This document shows, piece by piece, positions 59,473-64,000 of a DNA stretch of 64,000 bases. The position numbers and the translations under genes are program-made. Under the pieces are notes generated by a model. That model had not been told where the DNA came from. It worked only from the letters and a program-made list of their open reading frames with translations, and ran no database searches. The DNA lies in NCBI GenBank assembly GCA_031285625.1, contig JAITVV010000093.1, positions 96,001-160,000 on the forward strand, in the 5' to 3' direction. The stretch comes from Prevotella sp. GTDB lineage: Bacteria > Bacteroidota > Bacteroidia > Bacteroidales > Dysgonomonadaceae. Position 1 is the stretch's first letter, and each line of letters opens with the position of its first letter.

Positions 59473-60771
59473 ATGAAATCAAAAATTCTTTTTTGGATAT
59501 TGGCCATTCTTGTATTTGGCTCCTTATTATTTATCGGATTGCTATATCTTAAAACAGATATATACAAATTCATATTAATTGAGGGAATAGCTATCCTCGC
59601 AATACTTCTGTTTATAATATTATATTACAGACTAATAAAGCCATATCAAATAATATCTGATGGTATGGAACTATTAAAAGAGCAAGATTTCTCCACCCGC
59701 CTGCGCCCTATATCTAATAGTGAAGCCAATAAGTTAATAGAGATCTTTAATAGAATGATGGATCAGCTAAAAGATGAACGGTTGCAAGTGAGGGAAAAAA
59801 ATCATTTTTTAGATTTACTTATTCAGGCTTCTCCGCAAGGGGTGATCATTCTTGATTTCGATGATAAGATATCCGAAATTAATACTTCCGGATTACGATT
59901 ATTAAATATATCAAATATTGATACTGTAAAGGGTAAAAGTATTTCCGAAACAGATATTACAATCAAAGATCAATTAAGCAAGTTGGAATACAATGAAGAT
60001 ATAGTATTACGTAGCTCTGGCATTACAATGTATAAATGCACTCGCTCATCTTTTATAGACAGGGGATTTGCCCATCCATTTATCTTAATCGAAGAGTTGA
60101 CGCATGAGTTATTAAAAATAGAAAAAAAATCATATGAGAATATTATACGTATGATGGCTCATGAAGTAAATAATTCTGTAGGAGCAGTTAGCTCTACATT
60201 AAATGTTATATCTGACATCTTAAATCAAGACGAGCAAAATGATTTGATAGATGTGCTACCAGCAGTAAACGCATCTTTTGACAGATGCAAGCATCTTGGA
60301 CAGTTTATTAGCAATTTTGCGGAAGTTGTTAAAATCCCTGAACCATCCCTATCTGCCGTTAGTATAAATGAATTAGCGCGCTCTGTGGAATCCCTAACCA
60401 GAATCGAGTGTCAACGCAGAAATATCGATCTATCTCTATATCTAACATCGGAGAAAGATACAGTATATATCGACAGTATACAATTTGAGCAAGTCTTGGT
60501 AAACATTGTGAAGAACGCATATGAAGCCATAGACTCAATTGGTCATATAGAGATCATAACAATCTCTGATCCTCTCTCCATTATTATAAAAAATAATGGC
60601 CCTGCTATCCCGAAGGAAGTAAAGCAGAAATTATTCACTCCATTTTTCACCACCAAATCATCAGGACAAGGAATCGGACTAATGTTTGTTCGTGAGGTGT
60701 TATTAAATCATAATTGTAAATTCGATCTGAAATCAGATGATAAATGGACTAAATTCGAGATATTCTTCTAA
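59473..60771 (+). CDS. sensor histidine kinase (2 TM, HAMP, PAS; NtrY-like)
   Basis: AHEVNN, NIVKNA, PFFTTK, GQGIGL; almost no periplasmic loop between the TMs. Confidence 0.92.
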   Translation: MKSKILFWILAILVFGSLLFIGLLYLKTDIYKFILIEGIAILAILLFIILYYRLIKPYQIISDGMELLKEQDFSTRLRPISNSEANKLIEIFNRMMDQLKDERLQVREKNHFLDLLIQASPQGVIILDFDDKISEINTSGLRLLNISNIDTVKGKSISETDITIKDQLSKLEYNEDIVLRSSGITMYKCTRSSFIDRGFAHPFILIEELTHELLKIEKKSYENIIRMMAHEVNNSVGAVSSTLNVISDILNQDEQNDLIDVLPAVNASFDRCKHLGQFISNFAEVVKIPEPSLSAVSINELARSVESLTRIECQRRNIDLSLYLTSEKDTVYIDSIQFEQVLVNIVKNAYEAIDSIGHIEIITISDPLSIIIKNNGPAIPKEVKQKLFTPFFTTKSSGQGIGLMFVREVLLNHNCKFDLKSDDKWTKFEIFF

Positions 60772-60879
60772 GTTAAATTTACTAGTAAATAATTACATTT
60801 CTCTTTTTTATCGAATGTTCGAAAAAATAAATTAACTTTGCAGCAATTTTTTATTAATAAATTATATTCATTTGATTTG

Positions 60880-61710
60880 ATGGAGACAAAAAGGAATAAG
60901 CTCAGGATCCTTAACACACTTATAATCTTATCCTTAACTATTGCTTTCGGTTCTTGTAATGGTTATAAACAACTACCTTATTTAAAAAATGCAGAAAATC
61001 TGTCACCAGAGATATTGGCAAGTATGTCTTCTGTACATGAGCCAGTTATCATGCCTAACGATATAATTAGCATCACTGTTAATTCAACTGTACCTGGAGC
61101 TGCTAATGATTTTAATTTACCTATGGTACCCAATAATTTAAGTAATGCTCTACAGACGACAGTAACATCATCAGCAACTACAGGTAGTCTTCAGAATTAT
61201 TTAATAGATAAAGAGGGGAAAATAAATTTCCCAGTATTAGGTGAACTGAAACTGGGGGGCATGTCTGCTAAAGAAGCACAGAATCACATTACATCTCTCA
61301 TATATCCCCGCTATATTGCTGAAAAGCCCATAGTAAATGTAAGATTTATAAATTTTGGAGTTTCTGTTTTAGGGGAAGTAGCAAGACCGGGAATATACAA
61401 TTCTGCTAACGGACAAATGACAATTTTAGATGCTCTTGCTGCAGCCGGTGATATGACTATATATGGAAAGAGAGACAATGTTCTGCTTGTAAGGGTTCTT
61501 GAAAATGGAGAAATTGCAATGCACAGGATAGATATGCAAGATAAGAACCTCGTCTTAAATAAAGACATTTTCTACCTACAGCAAAATGATAAACTCTATG
61601 TGGAGCCAAACAAAGCAAAAGGTAATAATTCTAATTTTGGTACTTTACAGACAATCGGTTTATCCGCTCTGTCAATTGTTATATCAGTAATAGCCATCAT
61701 AACTCGTTAA
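60880..61710 (+). CDS. wza: polysaccharide export lipoprotein (Wza-like)
   Basis: Lipobox FGSC, GKINFPVLG, VLGEVARPG, DALAAAGD. The track's TTG at 60838 is part of the TAACTTTG -7 element at 60833-60840. Confidence 0.9.
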   Translation: METKRNKLRILNTLIILSLTIAFGSCNGYKQLPYLKNAENLSPEILASMSSVHEPVIMPNDIISITVNSTVPGAANDFNLPMVPNNLSNALQTTVTSSATTGSLQNYLIDKEGKINFPVLGELKLGGMSAKEAQNHITSLIYPRYIAEKPIVNVRFINFGVSVLGEVARPGIYNSANGQMTILDALAAAGDMTIYGKRDNVLLVRVLENGEIAMHRIDMQDKNLVLNKDIFYLQQNDKLYVEPNKAKGNNSNFGTLQTIGLSALSIVISVIAIITR

Positions 61711-61717
61711 ACTTAAA

Positions 61718-64000
61718 ATGGAAAAAGCTAATAATAACTGGAAAAAAACAGATGAAACAACATCTATAACTGATATAATATTTGAGTATTTGCGTTATTG
61801 GAAATGGTTTATTGTATCTATTTTGGTATTTCTAACTATTGGAGCAATTGTTATTCTTGTTACACAAAAAGAGTATAAATCATCATTATCAATATTATTA
61901 AATGAAGACAAAGGTACTGGTAAAGCGAGTGCAGCTGAATTTGACTTGGATGCATTAGGGCTTTTATCCACAACAAATAATATAGAAAATGAAGTTGCAA
62001 TTTTATCTTCTCCCGATCTAATGCGTTCGGTAGTAGATACATTAAATTTGCAAGCAGTTTACTATATAAATAAAAGATTCAGGAAAACAGAATTATTTAA
62101 TCAATCTCCATTCTTTGTCAGCATAGAACCTGCAGATAAAAGTGGAGTTTCTGGAATTCATTTTTACATACAAAAAAATGGTAAGGAGTATCAATTAAAT
62201 GGTACATATAAATTTCAAGAAATAGACCAAAGTATAAATCAAAAATTACAGACTTTTCCCGTAAAAATAAAACTAAACGAAGGTACGGAAATGTATATCC
62301 AAGTAACTGGAAAAGAAATGATTGAGAATGAAAAATATTATGTATCAATAAGTAATAAAACGTCAACTGTTTCTTCTTTGTGTAATAATCTGTCTGTTTC
62401 CCCGACAAGTAAGACATCTTCAGTTCTTAATATTGGTTTAGTTGGCTATAACACAGAAAAAGGAGCTACAATATTAAAAGAATTAGTAAAGCAATATAAT
62501 GAGATGAATGTCAATATCAAAAATGAGATAGCATACAATACAGCTATTTTTATTAATGACAGGCTCAAAGAAATATCGGTAGAACTTGGTGATGCGGAAG
62601 AAAATGTAGTTGATTTTAAACAAAAAAATCAGATCACGGATCTAAATACAGAAGCTCAATTATTTGTTCAGCAAACAGGACAACATGAGCAAAAACTAAT
62701 GGAAGTAGAAACACAATTAAATGTAATTTCACTTATAGAACGTTTTGTTAATGATCCTGCAAATAAATATGCAGTTATACCTAATATTGGAATATCAGAT
62801 GTCGGATTGACACAGATTATTAGTGAATATAATAGTAAACTGCTTAATTCCGAAGTACAATTAAAAGGAATGGGTGAAGAAAACCCTACCCGTATAAGAC
62901 TAACAGAAGATATTAATAATACACGTAGCAGTATATCTAGTTCTCTTAAGAATGTAAAACAAACATATAATATAGCGAAACAGGATCTTCTACGACAATC
63001 TACTTCAACAAAATCTAGAGTTTTATCAGTACCACAGCAAGAAAGAGGTCTCATAGAAAAAGTTCGTGAGCAAAGGATCAAAGAAAATTTATTCTTATTT
63101 CTCATGCAGAAGAGAGAAGAAACAAACCTATCTATTGCTTCTACAGCAAAAAAAGCACGTATTATAGTATCACCAAGGGAAGACATATTACCTATTGCTC
63201 CAAAATCCAGAATAATTATTCTTTCCGTATTAATTCTCGGATTATTATGCCCAATAATATTTATATATATAATAAATCTTTTTAAAACACAGATTAGAAG
63301 TAGAAGCGAATTAGAAAGTTTATCTGATGTCTCGATCATAGGACAAATTTCTCGAAATGAAATTAAAGATCAGATTGTTGTTCATCACGGGCATAATTCA
63401 GGAATAGCCGAAATGTTTCGCTCCTTAAGAAATAATCTTAATTTCATATTTAAGCACAAGGTTAATCAACTAATATTGGTTACTTCGACCACTACTGGTG
63501 AAGGCAAAACTTTTATAAGTATAAATTTGTCCATGAGTTATGCATTAACGGGCAAAAAAGTATTGTTAATAGGTGGAGACATCCGTAATCCTAAACTAAA
63601 AAATTATGTTGAATTAGCTGGGAGAAAAGGTCTAAGTGATTATTTAGTCAGTAATGATTCCTGGAAAAATTATATACATAGTTCAGGTTTAAATAATAAT
63701 TTACAAATAATGGTTGCGGGAACAATACCTCCGAATCCCAACGAGTTATTAATGAGCCCTCGATTAAAGGACTTCTTATCTGAAGTTAAACAAGAATATG
63801 ATTTTGTTATAATCGATACAGCACCCGTTGGTTTGGTATCTGACACCTATCTTATCGATGAGTATGTTGATGCAACTCTGTATGTTGTTAGAGAAAATGT
63901 CACCCCTAAAGCGGCTGTAAATTTTATAAATGCCCAGAAAGAGGAAGAAAAACTTATAAATATGTATCTTGTTTTGAATGATTCATACCTAGATAGTAGT
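61718..64000 (+). CDS. wzc: Wzc-like polysaccharide co-polymerase / tyrosine kinase, 3'-truncated by window edge (not in ORF track)
   Basis: MEKANNNW...YLRYWKWF TM1, coiled coils, AEMFRSLRNNL, VTSTTTGEGKT, GGDIRNP, PPNPNELL, IIDTAPV. Motifs read manually. Confidence 0.9.
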   Translation, partial: MEKANNNWKKTDETTSITDIIFEYLRYWKWFIVSILVFLTIGAIVILVTQKEYKSSLSILLNEDKGTGKASAAEFDLDALGLLSTTNNIENEVAILSSPDLMRSVVDTLNLQAVYYINKRFRKTELFNQSPFFVSIEPADKSGVSGIHFYIQKNGKEYQLNGTYKFQEIDQSINQKLQTFPVKIKLNEGTEMYIQVTGKEMIENEKYYVSISNKTSTVSSLCNNLSVSPTSKTSSVLNIGLVGYNTEKGATILKELVKQYNEMNVNIKNEIAYNTAIFINDRLKEISVELGDAEENVVDFKQKNQITDLNTEAQLFVQQTGQHEQKLMEVETQLNVISLIERFVNDPANKYAVIPNIGISDVGLTQIISEYNSKLLNSEVQLKGMGEENPTRIRLTEDINNTRSSISSSLKNVKQTYNIAKQDLLRQSTSTKSRVLSVPQQERGLIEKVREQRIKENLFLFLMQKREETNLSIASTAKKARIIVSPREDILPIAPKSRIIILSVLILGLLCPIIFIYIINLFKTQIRSRSELESLSDVSIIGQISRNEIKDQIVVHHGHNSGIAEMFRSLRNNLNFIFKHKVNQLILVTSTTTGEGKTFISINLSMSYALTGKKVLLIGGDIRNPKLKNYVELAGRKGLSDYLVSNDSWKNYIHSSGLNNNLQIMVAGTIPPNPNELLMSPRLKDFLSEVKQEYDFVIIDTAPVGLVSDTYLIDEYVDATLYVVRENVTPKAAVNFINAQKEEEKLINMYLVLNDSYLDSS

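Noticed and set aside
293-63339. Many short antisense or nested ORFs in the track (e.g. 10877-11320, 24451-24954, 62668-63339)
   Set aside because: They overlap well-supported genes and carry no motifs; 62668-63339 is the antisense shadow of wzc.

Overview
AT-rich chromosomal window from a Bacteroidota organism. TAnnTTTG -7 promoters and gene content suggest Bacteroidales, probably Dysgonomonas-like (inference). Left to right: 3' part of purF; an ECF sigma/FecR/TonB-dependent receptor/DUF4249 locus; TetR plus SMR pump; MacAB-TolC-type exporter 1; NfeD plus flotillin; GH3; an atypical PEPCK-like gene divergent from class I fbaB; a CPA1 antiporter; LytS-like pseudokinase, kinase, LytTR and DUF418; a GH13 lipoprotein; DPP-IV; two small ORFs missed by the track; GNAT, 5-formyl-THF cyclo-ligase, CtpA and dCMP deaminase; ppa and a metallophosphoesterase; Omp85-like/EptA-like/PCMD operon; an ABC-ATPase plus TOPRIM-like pair (defence candidate); a sigma-54-driven exporter 2 with six alternating MacB-like permeases, a decayed seventh, and its NtrC-type two-component system; and wza/wzc running off the edge. 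I saw no tRNA, rRNA, CRISPR array or transposase. Best leads: the ATPase-TOPRIM pair, the paired permease array with its sigma-54 circuit, a recurring TAAAC-N15/16-TTGTTCTA promoter-like motif, and two unnamed dispersed intergenic elements. Family assignments come from motif recognition, not database searches.
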